DNA from: Armatimonadota bacterium | Lineage (GTDB): Bacteria > Sysuimicrobiota > Sysuimicrobiia > Sysuimicrobiales > Kaftiobacteriaceae | Assembly (NCBI GenBank): GCA_037440005.1 | Contig: JBBIUY010000024.1 | Coordinates: 21,530-45,278 of the forward strand | Direction: 5' to 3' | DNA: 23,749 bases | Shown here: one piece after another, positions 9,179-19,633 of the stretch | How positions within the stretch are numbered: position 1 is the first letter of the stretch | How the letters are laid out: the number at the start of each line of letters is the position of its first letter | Made by a program: the position numbers and the translations under genes | Notes under the pieces: generated by a model | What the model was told of the DNA's origin: nothing | Database searches by the model: none | Seen by the model: the letters and a program-made list of their open reading frames with translations, nothing else

Positions 9179-10207
9179 CTACACCCCCACCATCTCCCGC
9201 CGGACGCGCTCCCGGGGGATGCCCAGCGCCTTCCCCCGGGCGATCAGGCGGAGGTTGACGACTTCATTGTACTTCTGGGCGAGGTAGCCGATGACCACGT
9301 CGATCTCCAGGGGGTCTCCCCGGTACAGCCCGGCCTGAGCCCGGATCAGGGCCAGGTCCAGGTCCCGCTCAAAGGCCGCCAGGTCCTCCACGGGTCCCCG
9401 GACGGGGAACCCCTGCAGCCGCAGGCCGTACAGCCCCTGCGCGGCCGTCGCCGGATCGGCCAGGGCCAGGAACAGCCGGTCGTCCACCAGCCGGCCGCCG
9501 GGGATGAAAAACCGCAGCCGGTCCTCCGGAGCCAGAGTCGCCTGCTGCAGCTTCAGCGCCGTCTTGACGTTGGTGGCGTCGATCTCCGCCTGCAGGACCC
9601 GCCGCAGCACGGCGGCGCTGTGTCCCCGTCCGGCGGCCCGGCGCAGACCGTAGGCCGCGTAGAACCGGGCCAGCCGCTGCTCCAGGGCCAGCAGGTCCCC
9701 CCGCTCGCGGTACTCGCCCAGGCCCTCGGCCAGGGCGGGGGCCAGGGGGTGTTCCTGAGCGCTGAGGGCCCCCACCACCCCGGGGACGTCCGGCGCCGCC
9801 GCCAGCTCCTTCAGGGCCACCTCGCTGAGGGACCCGGCCGGCAGGAGGGCGTCGCGGATGTCGTCGGCCGACCGCCCGACGTGCTTGCCCCGGAGGAGGG
9901 CCCGCAGGTTGGCCACGTCCCACCGCATCAGGACCACCTCGATGAGGTCCCGGGCCCGCCCGTCGGCGAAGGACAGGATGCGGGTGGTGGTCTGGTGGAA
10001 GTTGCGGGCCAGCGCCTCGTCCACCGCCCGCAGCCCGCTGTGGCGGGTCAGGGCCTCCTGCAGCTGCGGCCCGTAGGGTGTCTGCCCCAGCGCCTGCACG
10101 AACGCCTCCAGGGTGGGCAGGGCCAGCAGCTCCTCCAGGCGGGAGGAGTCCAGCAGGCGGCTGTGCATGGCCCGCACCCGGGCGTTGATGTAGGGGAAGT
10201 CGGGCAT
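9179..10207 (-). CDS. atpC: V/A-type ATP synthase subunit C (d)
   Basis: F.YINARVRAM.SRLL, RWDV.NL..LLRGK, EID..N.KT, YL..K.NEV.NLRLIARG. Confidence 0.94.
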   Translation of the reverse strand: MPDFPYINARVRAMHSRLLDSSRLEELLALPTLEAFVQALGQTPYGPQLQEALTRHSGLRAVDEALARNFHQTTTRILSFADGRARDLIEVVLMRWDVANLRALLRGKHVGRSADDIRDALLPAGSLSEVALKELAAAPDVPGVVGALSAQEHPLAPALAEGLGEYRERGDLLALEQRLARFYAAYGLRRAAGRGHSAAVLRRVLQAEIDATNVKTALKLQQATLAPEDRLRFFIPGGRLVDDRLFLALADPATAAQGLYGLRLQGFPVRGPVEDLAAFERDLDLALIRAQAGLYRGDPLEIDVVIGYLAQKYNEVVNLRLIARGKALGIPRERVRREMVGV

Positions 10208-10236
10208 GGGCTATCCCGGTCTGGCGCCTGCGGCGG

Positions 10237-10824
10237 TCACGCGCCCCACAGCAGCGCCGCCACCTCCGGAGCCAGCGCCGCCCGGGCGCGCTCGACCCGC
10301 GACGCCAGAGTGTTCTCCACCACGAACCGGCCGTCCCCGGACACCACCCGCACCCCTCCGGCCACGTCGTCGGCGGCCTGCACCTCGGCGTCCAGACCCA
10401 GGTCCCGGACCGCCTGGCGCGCCAGCTCGATGTCCTTGGGGTGGACCTGCACCACCACCCGCCCGCCGACGGCGGAGGCGGCCTCCCGCAGCAGGCCCCG
10501 CAGCAGCGCGCCGTACCGGCCGCGGTCCTGGGCCAGGCGGGCGAGCTCGGCCTGGGCGCGCTGGAACACCTCGGCCAGGGCCTGGTCCTTGGCCTGCAGG
10601 ACCAGCGCCGAGGCCCGCAGGGCCGCGGCGCTGCGCGCCCGCGTCTCGACCGCCTCGCGCTCGGATTCCGCCCGCGCCCGCTGGGCGGCCAGCTCGGCCT
10701 CGGCCTGCTGGCGGGCCTCCTGCACCAGGCGCTCGGCTTCGGCGCGGGCGTCGGCCAGGATCCGCTCGATCTCGGCGGCGGCCTCCTTCTCCAGGATGGC
10801 GATCAGTTCCGACTGGGACGTCAT
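10237..10824 (-). CDS. atpE: V/A-type ATP synthase subunit E
   Basis: N-terminal Ala/Glu/Arg coiled coil and C-terminal VHP.D...GGV......VENTL..R. Lies between K and C. Confidence 0.92.
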   Translation of the reverse strand: MTSQSELIAILEKEAAAEIERILADARAEAERLVQEARQQAEAELAAQRARAESEREAVETRARSAAALRASALVLQAKDQALAEVFQRAQAELARLAQDRGRYGALLRGLLREAASAVGGRVVVQVHPKDIELARQAVRDLGLDAEVQAADDVAGGVRVVSGDGRFVVENTLASRVERARAALAPEVAALLWGA

Positions 10825-10842
10825 GGAGCCCCGCCGGGGAGT

Positions 10843-11160
10843 TTAGATCCGGCCGATGACAAAGAACGCCACCAGAAAGCCCAGGATGATCATCGTCTCG
10901 GGCAGGGCCAGGAAGACCAGCATCAGGCCCCCGATCTCCGGCCGCTCGGCCATGGCGCCGGCCGCGGCCGCCCCGATGCGGGACTGGGCCCAGGCGGTGC
11001 CGATGGCCCCGAAACCGACGGCAATGGCCGCCGCCAGCCCCAGCAGCCCGGCGTTGGGGTTGGCCGGCCGCTGTTCGGCGGTCTCCGGTGCGGCCAGGGC
11101 CGCACCGACCGCCCCCAGGACCAGCATGGCGGTGACGAACACGACTGCTGCCGTTCTCAC
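10843..11160 (-). CDS. atpK: V/A-type ATP synthase proteolipid subunit K (c), single hairpin with signal-like leader
   Basis: C-terminal part of the 10843..12303 ORF: AIAVGFGAIGTAWAQSRIGAAAAGA...LPETMIILG with the carrier Glu. Start GTG 11160 (alternative GTG 11169 overlapping the atpI stop). Confidence 0.93.
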   Translation of the reverse strand: MRTAAVVFVTAMLVLGAVGAALAAPETAEQRPANPNAGLLGLAAAIAVGFGAIGTAWAQSRIGAAAAGAMAERPEIGGLMLVFLALPETMIILGFLVAFFVIGRI

Positions 11161-11165
11161 TCCCC

Positions 11166-13160
11166 TCACCCCCTGCGCGACGCCGCGGCGCTGTGGGGCG
11201 GCGCCTCCCGCCCCGGGACCGCGGTCTTCTGGAACGGGCGGTACGCCCGCCCGGTCTCCTCGTGGAACTTGAACTTGCTGAAAAACTCCACCCAGTGCAG
11301 ACGGGCCGGCTGGATCACGTGGCCGAAGATGGTGAACACGAAAAACAGCGCCTGGAACAGCGCCGCCACCAGCACCGCCGCCACCCGCCCCAGGACGCCC
11401 GCCTGCCGGCCCAGCTCGTTGGCCGCCGTGGCCAGAGCGGCGGCGGCCAGGCCGAAGGCCATCAACCGGGCGTGGGAGAGGATGTGGCCGAACGCCGTGG
11501 TGCTCTCCAGCAACCACAGGAACCGGCGGATGACGTTGGGCTCCACCGCCAGGGACACCGCCGCCAGCCCCGCCGCCCCCACAAACATCCACAGCCCCAC
11601 CGGGGCCAGGGACGCCGGGAGCATGGCGCCCCGGGCGCCCAGGAACAGCAGCAGGCTGGCGGTGCCCGTCATGATGACGCCGGCCTCGAAGGCGCCCTCC
11701 AGGTGCCGGTGCCGGAGGGCCTGGACCAGGTGCACCAGCAGGCCCAAGAAGATCATGGCGATGCCGGCGGCGATGATCAGCAGGAAGTACCGACCGGTCT
11801 CCTCCACCCGGTTGAACAGGGGCCGCACGTGCCACAGCAGTTCGGGCAGGTTGCCGAACGCCTCGGCGTAGACCGCCCCGAACGCCATGATCCAGACCGC
11901 GCACGCCCGGATCAGAAACGACGCGTCCTGCAGCAGGGCGGGCGAAAAGCGCAGGTTCAGCAGCCGCACCTCCAGGGTCCGCCCCGCCCGGGCCAGGGAG
12001 CGCAGCTTCCAGCCCAGCAGGAACAGCAGCGCCCCGTAGCCCACGTCGCCGATCACCAGGCCCACGAACAGGGGGAAGGTGACGGCCACCACGGGGCTGG
12101 GGTCCCAGGTGCCGTACCGGGGCGGTTGGAACAGCGCCAGCAGCCGCTGGAAGGGCCGGATCCACGGGTGGTTGTCCAGCAGGACCGGCACGCGTTCGGG
12201 CTCGTGGTGCGGGTCGGCGGGGGAGTCGATGACCACGACGTCCCCTCCGAACCGGCCGGCCAGGACCGCCCGGATCTGTGCCACCGCCCGCGAGGGGGCC
12301 CACCCGTGCAGGATGAAGGTGTAGCGGGTGGCGCCCAGGTCCTGCAGCACCGCCAGCTGGGCCGCCCGGTCGGCCAGCCAGGCCCGCAACGCCTCCAGCC
12401 GGGGGCGCACCCGCAGGGCCAGGTCACGCAGCTGGCGGTCCACCCGCTCCAGCTCCTGGGGGATCTCCTGCCGACGGCGGGCCATCAGCGCGACGGCGTC
12501 GGCCACCACGCCGCCCGCAAACCGGGCCGGCAGGCGCAGCTCGGTGATGCCGGCGCGCGCCAGAACCCCCCGCACCGCGTCCCCGTCCTCGCGCCGGAAC
12601 GCCACCACGACCCCCAGCCGGCGCTCGTCCACGGTTCGGCTCACCACTTCCACCCGGCCTCCGGTGGCCCGGACCAGTTCCGACCGCAGAGCCGCCACCA
12701 CCTTCAGGTCGGAGGTGTTCAGCAGAAACCCCACCGACTCCAGGCGGGCGCTGTCCTGCAGGGCCTGCAGCAGCGGCGACAGGGCCCGCACCGCCCCTTC
12801 GTAGGTCTCGATGAGCGTGCGCTCTTCCTCCAGCTCCAGGCGCGTCCGGGTGAGGTCCCGCACCCCCCGCTCCAGGGCGGCCAGCTCGGCCTCCACGTCC
12901 TGGGGGGATCCGGCGTCGGGGGCCGAGGGGGGAGACCCGTCAGCGGGCGGCAGCAGCGTCAGCAGCCCGTCCGCCTGCGCCAGCAGCCGTTCCAGGCGCT
13001 GGCGCTCCGCCGCCTGCTCGTCGGTGGCCGGCGACTGCGGAGCTTCGTCGGATTCGATCCGGTCCACGTGCAGGCTGCCCAGGCGCTGGACCTCGTCCAG
13101 GACCGGCCCCAGCAGGCGCTTGGGGCCCAGCACGATGACCCGGCTCATCTCGACGATCAT
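11166..13160 (-). CDS. atpI: V/A-type ATP synthase subunit I (a)
   Basis: Start MIVEMSRV at ATG 13160. Soluble coiled-coil half, then P.Y...DP, GD.GYG, LSHARLMA (essential Arg) and RLHWVEFFSKF. Confidence 0.95.
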   Translation of the reverse strand: MIVEMSRVIVLGPKRLLGPVLDEVQRLGSLHVDRIESDEAPQSPATDEQAAERQRLERLLAQADGLLTLLPPADGSPPSAPDAGSPQDVEAELAALERGVRDLTRTRLELEEERTLIETYEGAVRALSPLLQALQDSARLESVGFLLNTSDLKVVAALRSELVRATGGRVEVVSRTVDERRLGVVVAFRREDGDAVRGVLARAGITELRLPARFAGGVVADAVALMARRRQEIPQELERVDRQLRDLALRVRPRLEALRAWLADRAAQLAVLQDLGATRYTFILHGWAPSRAVAQIRAVLAGRFGGDVVVIDSPADPHHEPERVPVLLDNHPWIRPFQRLLALFQPPRYGTWDPSPVVAVTFPLFVGLVIGDVGYGALLFLLGWKLRSLARAGRTLEVRLLNLRFSPALLQDASFLIRACAVWIMAFGAVYAEAFGNLPELLWHVRPLFNRVEETGRYFLLIIAAGIAMIFLGLLVHLVQALRHRHLEGAFEAGVIMTGTASLLLFLGARGAMLPASLAPVGLWMFVGAAGLAAVSLAVEPNVIRRFLWLLESTTAFGHILSHARLMAFGLAAAALATAANELGRQAGVLGRVAAVLVAALFQALFFVFTIFGHVIQPARLHWVEFFSKFKFHEETGRAYRPFQKTAVPGREAPPHSAAASRRG

Positions 13161-13179
13161 GAGGTGTCCCCGGCCCCGC

Positions 13180-13527
13180 CTAGGAGCCCTCCAGCCCGGC
13201 CAGGACCCGCTCCACCACCAGGGCCACGGCCCGGGACAGGCGCTCGGCCGCCGCCGCCCGCACCCTGCCCGCCTCCGCTTCGGCGGCCGCCAGCTGCTCC
13301 CGCTGGAGGGCTTCCACCCGCCGCGCCGTCTCCTCCCGCATCCGGGCGGCCAGGGCGGCGGCGTCGGCCCGCGCGCGCTCCCGGATCTGGTCGGCCTGGC
13401 GCCGGGCATCCTCCAGGATCTGCCGGGCCTGCTCCCGGGCCTGGGCCACCTTCGCCTCGAGTTCTTTCTCCTTCCGGGCGATGACCTGCAGGACGTTCTC
13501 GTCCGCCGGGCCGTGCCTGGCCGTCAT
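13180..13527 (-). CDS. atpG: V/A-type ATP synthase peripheral stalk subunit G (H)
   Basis: About 115-aa Ala/Glu/Arg-rich coiled coil ending AVALVVERVL. First gene before subunit I. Start ATG 13527 or GTG 13536. Confidence 0.85.
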   Translation of the reverse strand: MTARHGPADENVLQVIARKEKELEAKVAQAREQARQILEDARRQADQIRERARADAAALAARMREETARRVEALQREQLAAAEAEAGRVRAAAAERLSRAVALVVERVLAGLEGS

Positions 13528-13639
13528 GGCTGCCACCCGCTCCGTCGGTTGTCCGCCGCGCCGGGAGGATCGGGAGAAGACACCGCCGCCCCCACCTCAG
13601 CGGCCGAGCTGCAGGGACTCCGTGTGCGCCATCCCGACA

Positions 13640-13679
13640 AAACCCAGGAACCGCGGTCGCCCCGCGCGTTCCTGGGTTT
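13640..13679 (-). terminator. Terminator-like hairpin between the ATPase promoter and atpG
   Basis: AAACCCAGGAAC (13640-13651) / GTTCCTGGGTTT (13668-13679) with inner CGCGG/CCGCG. On the minus strand the GC stem runs into TTTTGT. Confidence 0.55.
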
Positions 13680-13695
13680 GGACAAACACGCGCCC

Positions 13696-13725
13696 ATCAT
13701 AACAGAGGCGCGCAAACAGCGTCAA
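13696..13725 (-). promoter_or_regulatory. Sigma70 promoter of the V/A-ATPase operon
   Basis: TTGACG (13725-13720), 18-nt spacer, TGt-TATGAT (-10 at 13701-13696). Confidence 0.75.
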
Positions 13726-13742
13726 GGACAGGCGCCCGACCC

Positions 13743-15188
13743 TTACAGCCGCAGCAGCTGGGACGCGGTGCGGACCAGGTCGATCACCGGTTGGGGGTAC
13801 AGGCCGATGATCAGGGTGCCCACCCCGGCCACCCCCAGGGCCACCTGCAAACTGGCCGGCTCGGCCAGGGGGGCGTCGGTGGGCGCCGGGAGCACGTACA
13901 TGGCCCGGATGACCCCCACATAGTAGTACAGGGAGATGACGCTGTTCACCACCGCCACCACCGCCAGCCACAGCAGGCCGTTGTCGATGGCCGCCGCCAG
14001 GACGTAGAACTTGCCCACGAAGACCGCCGTGGGGGGGATCCCGGTCAGGGAGAGCATGAACAGCGCCATCAGCAGGGCCGACACCGGCGCCCGGCGGGCC
14101 AGGCCGGCGTAGTCGGGGATCTCGTCGGTGCCCAGCTGGGTGCCGATGAGGGTGGCCACGAAGAACGCGCCCAGCTGGGTGAAGGTGTACCCCAGCAGGT
14201 AGATCAACAGCCCGGGCGTGCCGAAGGCGCCCCGGAACGCCGCCACCCCGATGAGCAGGAAGCCGGCGTGGGAGATGCTGGAGTACGCCAGCATCCGCTT
14301 GATGTTGCGCTGGGGGAGCGCCAGCAGGTTGCCCACCGTCATGGTGACGGCCGCCAGCACCGCCACCAGCAGGACCCAGTTCACCCGGGCGGGGTCCACC
14401 GCCACCAGCAGCACCCGGGCCAGGGCGGCAAACCCGGCGGCCTTGGACCCCACCGACAGGAAGGCGGCCACCGGGGTGGGCGCGCCCTCGTACACGTCGG
14501 GCGTCCACTGGTGAAACGGCACCATGGAGATCTTGAACCCCAGCCCCGCCAGGATCAGAGCCAGGCTCAGGTACAGGGCCGGGGCGGGCGCGGCGGCCAC
14601 CGCCCGGGCCACCTGGTACAGGTTGGTGGTGCCGGCGAGGCCGTACAGCAGCGAGAAGCCGTAGATCATCACCGCCGACGCGGTGGCGCCGTACAGGAAG
14701 TACTTGACGCCGGCCTCGGTGCTCTTGGGGTGGGCCTTGAGGAATCCCGCCAGCACGTAGGAGGTGAGGCTGACGAACTCGATGGCCAGGACCAGCAGCA
14801 CCAGGTCGGCGCTGGCGGCCATGAGCATCAGCCCCAGGGCCGTCAGGACCAGCAGCCCGTAGAACTCCCCCTCAAACCGCATCCGGGGACCCACCGACTC
14901 CAGGGACGACAGGATCACCAGGGCCGTGGCGGCGACGGCGACGATCTTGAAGAACACCGCAAAGCCGTCCACGGCGTACGCGCCGAACAGGACCGTGCGC
15001 GGCTGCCAGGTCAGCATGGTGGCAATCGGCACCAGGGCCAGCAGCAGTCCCCCCACGGCCACCAGCCCCACGGCCGCCTTGCGGCCGGGAGGCACCACCA
15101 GGTCCAGCAGCAGCACCAGCAGGCCCACGCCCAGCAGCCACAGTTCCGGCACCACCGACCACAGGTCGGCCGGGCTCACCGCCGGCAT
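13743..15188 (-). CDS. nuoN: NADH-quinone oxidoreductase subunit N
   Basis: EAGVKYF, GFKISMVPFHQWTPDVYEGAPT, GSKAAGF, NIKRMLAYSSISHAG, FVGKF. Confidence 0.95.
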   Translation of the reverse strand: MPAVSPADLWSVVPELWLLGVGLLVLLLDLVVPPGRKAAVGLVAVGGLLLALVPIATMLTWQPRTVLFGAYAVDGFAVFFKIVAVAATALVILSSLESVGPRMRFEGEFYGLLVLTALGLMLMAASADLVLLVLAIEFVSLTSYVLAGFLKAHPKSTEAGVKYFLYGATASAVMIYGFSLLYGLAGTTNLYQVARAVAAAPAPALYLSLALILAGLGFKISMVPFHQWTPDVYEGAPTPVAAFLSVGSKAAGFAALARVLLVAVDPARVNWVLLVAVLAAVTMTVGNLLALPQRNIKRMLAYSSISHAGFLLIGVAAFRGAFGTPGLLIYLLGYTFTQLGAFFVATLIGTQLGTDEIPDYAGLARRAPVSALLMALFMLSLTGIPPTAVFVGKFYVLAAAIDNGLLWLAVVAVVNSVISLYYYVGVIRAMYVLPAPTDAPLAEPASLQVALGVAGVGTLIIGLYPQPVIDLVRTASQLLRL

Positions 15189-15246
15189 GACCGCCTCCCC
15201 GCGCGCCGCCCCGGGTCCGTCCGTCCGCTTCCCACGGTCTTCCCCC

Positions 15247-16743
15247 TCACCGCAGGGCCGTCACCAGCCCGCTCATGGCCGTGTTGATCACCTCCACCAG
15301 GGGCCGAGGGTACAGCCCGAAGACCACCATGAGCGCCGCCAGGGGCACCAGGGACAGCTTCTCCCGGGTGTCCAGGTCCGGCAGCCCCGCCCACCGCTCG
15401 TTGACGGGCCCCAGGAAGATCCGCTGGATGGTCCACAGGAACATGGCCGCGGTGAAGATCACCCCCGTCACCGCCACCGCCGTCAGGTAGGGGAAGATCC
15501 CGAAGGACCCCACGAACACCAGGAACTCGGCCACGAAGCCCATCAGGCCCGGCAGGCCCAATGACGCCAGCATGGCCAGGGTGGTGATGCCCGTGTAGAC
15601 CGGCAACCGCGCCCCCAGCCCCCCGAACTCGTTGACGCCCCGGGTGTGGGCGCGGTAGTCGTACAGCACCCCGACGATGAGGAACAGGGCGCCGGTGATG
15701 ATCCCGTGGGCGATCATCTCGAAGACCGCGCCGTTGAGGGCGGTGGCGGCGGCCGCGGCCTTCTCGGGCTGTCCCACCGCCGCCGCGGCGGCCGCGGTCC
15801 CCAGCATCACGTAGCCCATGTGGTTGACCGAGCTGTAGGCCACCAGCTTCTTCAGGTCCGTCTGGGCCATGGCCACCAGCGCGCCGTACACGATGCCCAG
15901 CAGGGCCAGGACGGCGATGGCGCCGGCGTAGGCGCGGAACGTCTCGGGCAGCATCGGCAGGCTGATCCGCACGAACCCGTAGGTGCCCATCTTCAGCAGA
16001 ATGCCGGCCAGGATCACGCTGCCGGCGGTGGGCGCCTCCACGTGGGCGTCGGGGAGCCAGGTGTGGAAGGGCCACATGGGCACCTTGATGGCGAAGCTCA
16101 GGAAGAACCCCCAGAAGGCCAGGGCGGCCAGGACGGGCGCGCCGGCCAGGGGCTGCTGGCGGATCAGCGCCAGCATGTCGAAGGTGCGGGGGGTGCTGTG
16201 GAAGTACAGCAGCAGGATCGCCAGCAGCATGGCCAGGGACCCCACCAGGGTGTACAGGAAGAACTTGATGGCCGCGTACTCCCGGCGGGGGCCGCCCCAG
16301 ATGCCGATGAGGAAGTACATGGGCACCAGGGTGACCTCCCAGAAGATGTAGAATAGAAAGAAGTCCAGGGCGGCGAACACGCCCAGCATGCCGGTCTCCA
16401 GCAGCAGGAACAGGAACAGGTACTCCTTCAGGCGCATCTCAATGCGCCAGGAGTAGACCAGGGACACCAGGCTCAACAGCGTCGTGAGGACCACCAGGGG
16501 CAGGCTCAGCCCGTCCACCCCCACGTGGTACTGAATCCCCAGGGTGGGGATCCAGCTGTACCGCTCCACGAACTGCATCCCGCCGCCCACGTCGAACAGG
16601 GCCACCATGAACAGGGAGAGGACGAAGGAGGCCAGGGACGCCCCCACCGCCACCCCCTTCATGAGCGCCTCGTTGGTCTTGGACGTGAACAGGATGAGCA
16701 GTCCGCCCACCAGGGGCAGGAAGATGATCAGCGTCAGCAGCAT
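15247..16743 (-). CDS. nuoM: NADH-quinone oxidoreductase subunit M
   Basis: GVDGLS, FWEVTLVPMY, AIKFFLYT, IKVPMWPFHTWLPDAHVEAPT, LLKMG, GFVAEF. Confidence 0.96.
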   Translation of the reverse strand: MLLTLIIFLPLVGGLLILFTSKTNEALMKGVAVGASLASFVLSLFMVALFDVGGGMQFVERYSWIPTLGIQYHVGVDGLSLPLVVLTTLLSLVSLVYSWRIEMRLKEYLFLFLLLETGMLGVFAALDFFLFYIFWEVTLVPMYFLIGIWGGPRREYAAIKFFLYTLVGSLAMLLAILLLYFHSTPRTFDMLALIRQQPLAGAPVLAALAFWGFFLSFAIKVPMWPFHTWLPDAHVEAPTAGSVILAGILLKMGTYGFVRISLPMLPETFRAYAGAIAVLALLGIVYGALVAMAQTDLKKLVAYSSVNHMGYVMLGTAAAAAAVGQPEKAAAAATALNGAVFEMIAHGIITGALFLIVGVLYDYRAHTRGVNEFGGLGARLPVYTGITTLAMLASLGLPGLMGFVAEFLVFVGSFGIFPYLTAVAVTGVIFTAAMFLWTIQRIFLGPVNERWAGLPDLDTREKLSLVPLAALMVVFGLYPRPLVEVINTAMSGLVTALR

Positions 16744-16786
16744 GCGTCCCCTCCGCCGAACTCGGTGGCCCCCCGCGCCCCCATGG

Positions 16787-18715
<1,929 letters not shown>

Positions 18716-18797
18716 CCGCTCAGATCTCTCCGGTGCGGGAGTCAGGAGCCGGGCCCCCGGCGCCCCGCTCCCGCGCGTCCGCCTGTAGCCGACGTCG

Positions 18798-19109
18798 TCA
18801 CCACTTCATCAGGTTGATCTCGTCCACGTGGACGGTCTCCAGCCCGCGGTACGCGGCCATGACCAGGGCCAGCCCCACCCCGGCCTCGCAGGCCGCCAGG
18901 GTGATGACCACCAGGGCGAAGATCTGCCCGCCCACCGCCGCCGGCGCCGCGTACCGGTTGAAGGCCACCAGGTTGATGTTGGCGGCGTTGAGCATCAGCT
19001 CGACGCCCATGAGGATGGCCACCGCGTTGCGGCGGGTCAGCACCCCATACAGCCCCAGGCAAAACAGCAGGGTGCTCACCACCAGGTAGTGCGCCAAGCC
19101 CACCTGCAT
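18798..19109 (-). CDS. nuoK: NADH-quinone oxidoreductase subunit K
   Basis: RRNAVAILMGVELMLNAANINL and LAACEAGVGLA; both conserved Glu are present. Confidence 0.96.
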   Translation of the reverse strand: MQVGLAHYLVVSTLLFCLGLYGVLTRRNAVAILMGVELMLNAANINLVAFNRYAAPAAVGGQIFALVVITLAACEAGVGLALVMAAYRGLETVHVDEINLMKW

Positions 19110-19128
19110 CAGCCGCCCACCTCCGCGC

Positions 19129-19620
19129 TCAGCTCTCCCGGCGGGCGATCACGATCGCCCCGATCAGGGACACCAGCAGCACCAGGCTGGTCACCTCGAA
19201 GACCAGCACGTAGTCGGTGAGGAAGGCGGTCCCCACCGCCGCCACCCCGTACGAGGGCGCCGCGCCCGGCTGCGTCCGCCAGGGCGTGCGCAGGGTGACG
19301 GCCAGGACCACGAACGCCAGCCACACCGCCGCCATCGCCCCCAGGGGCACCTGGTCGGTGATCTGCCGGGTGCGGACGCCCGTCCCCCCCTCGGTGAGCA
19401 TGATGACGAACAGGATGAGCACGGTGATGGCGCCGGCGTAGATCAGGACCTGGATGCCCGCCACGAACTCGGCGTGCAGCAGAACGTACAGCCCCGTCAC
19501 GCCCAGAAAGGTGGGCACCAGGGACAGGGCGGCCCGCACCAGGTGGCGGGAGGTGACCACCACCGCGGCCGGGATCAGCGTCACCATCGCCAGGATGATG
19601 AAGACCGCCAGTTCCCCCAC
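19129..19620 (-). CDS. nuoJ: NADH-quinone oxidoreductase subunit J
   Basis: AEFVAGIQVLIYAGAITVLILFVIML and FEVTSLVLLVSLIGAIVIARR. GTG start with GGAGG upstream. Confidence 0.94.
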   Translation of the reverse strand: MGELAVFIILAMVTLIPAAVVVTSRHLVRAALSLVPTFLGVTGLYVLLHAEFVAGIQVLIYAGAITVLILFVIMLTEGGTGVRTRQITDQVPLGAMAAVWLAFVVLAVTLRTPWRTQPGAAPSYGVAAVGTAFLTDYVLVFEVTSLVLLVSLIGAIVIARRES

Positions 19621-19633
19621 CGCCGCCTCCGCC

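Noticed and set aside
10843..13409. 486-aa subunit K and 747-aa subunit I as given in the ORF track
   Set aside because: The N-terminal extensions overlap atpI and atpG in other frames. Plausible starts are 11160 and 13160.
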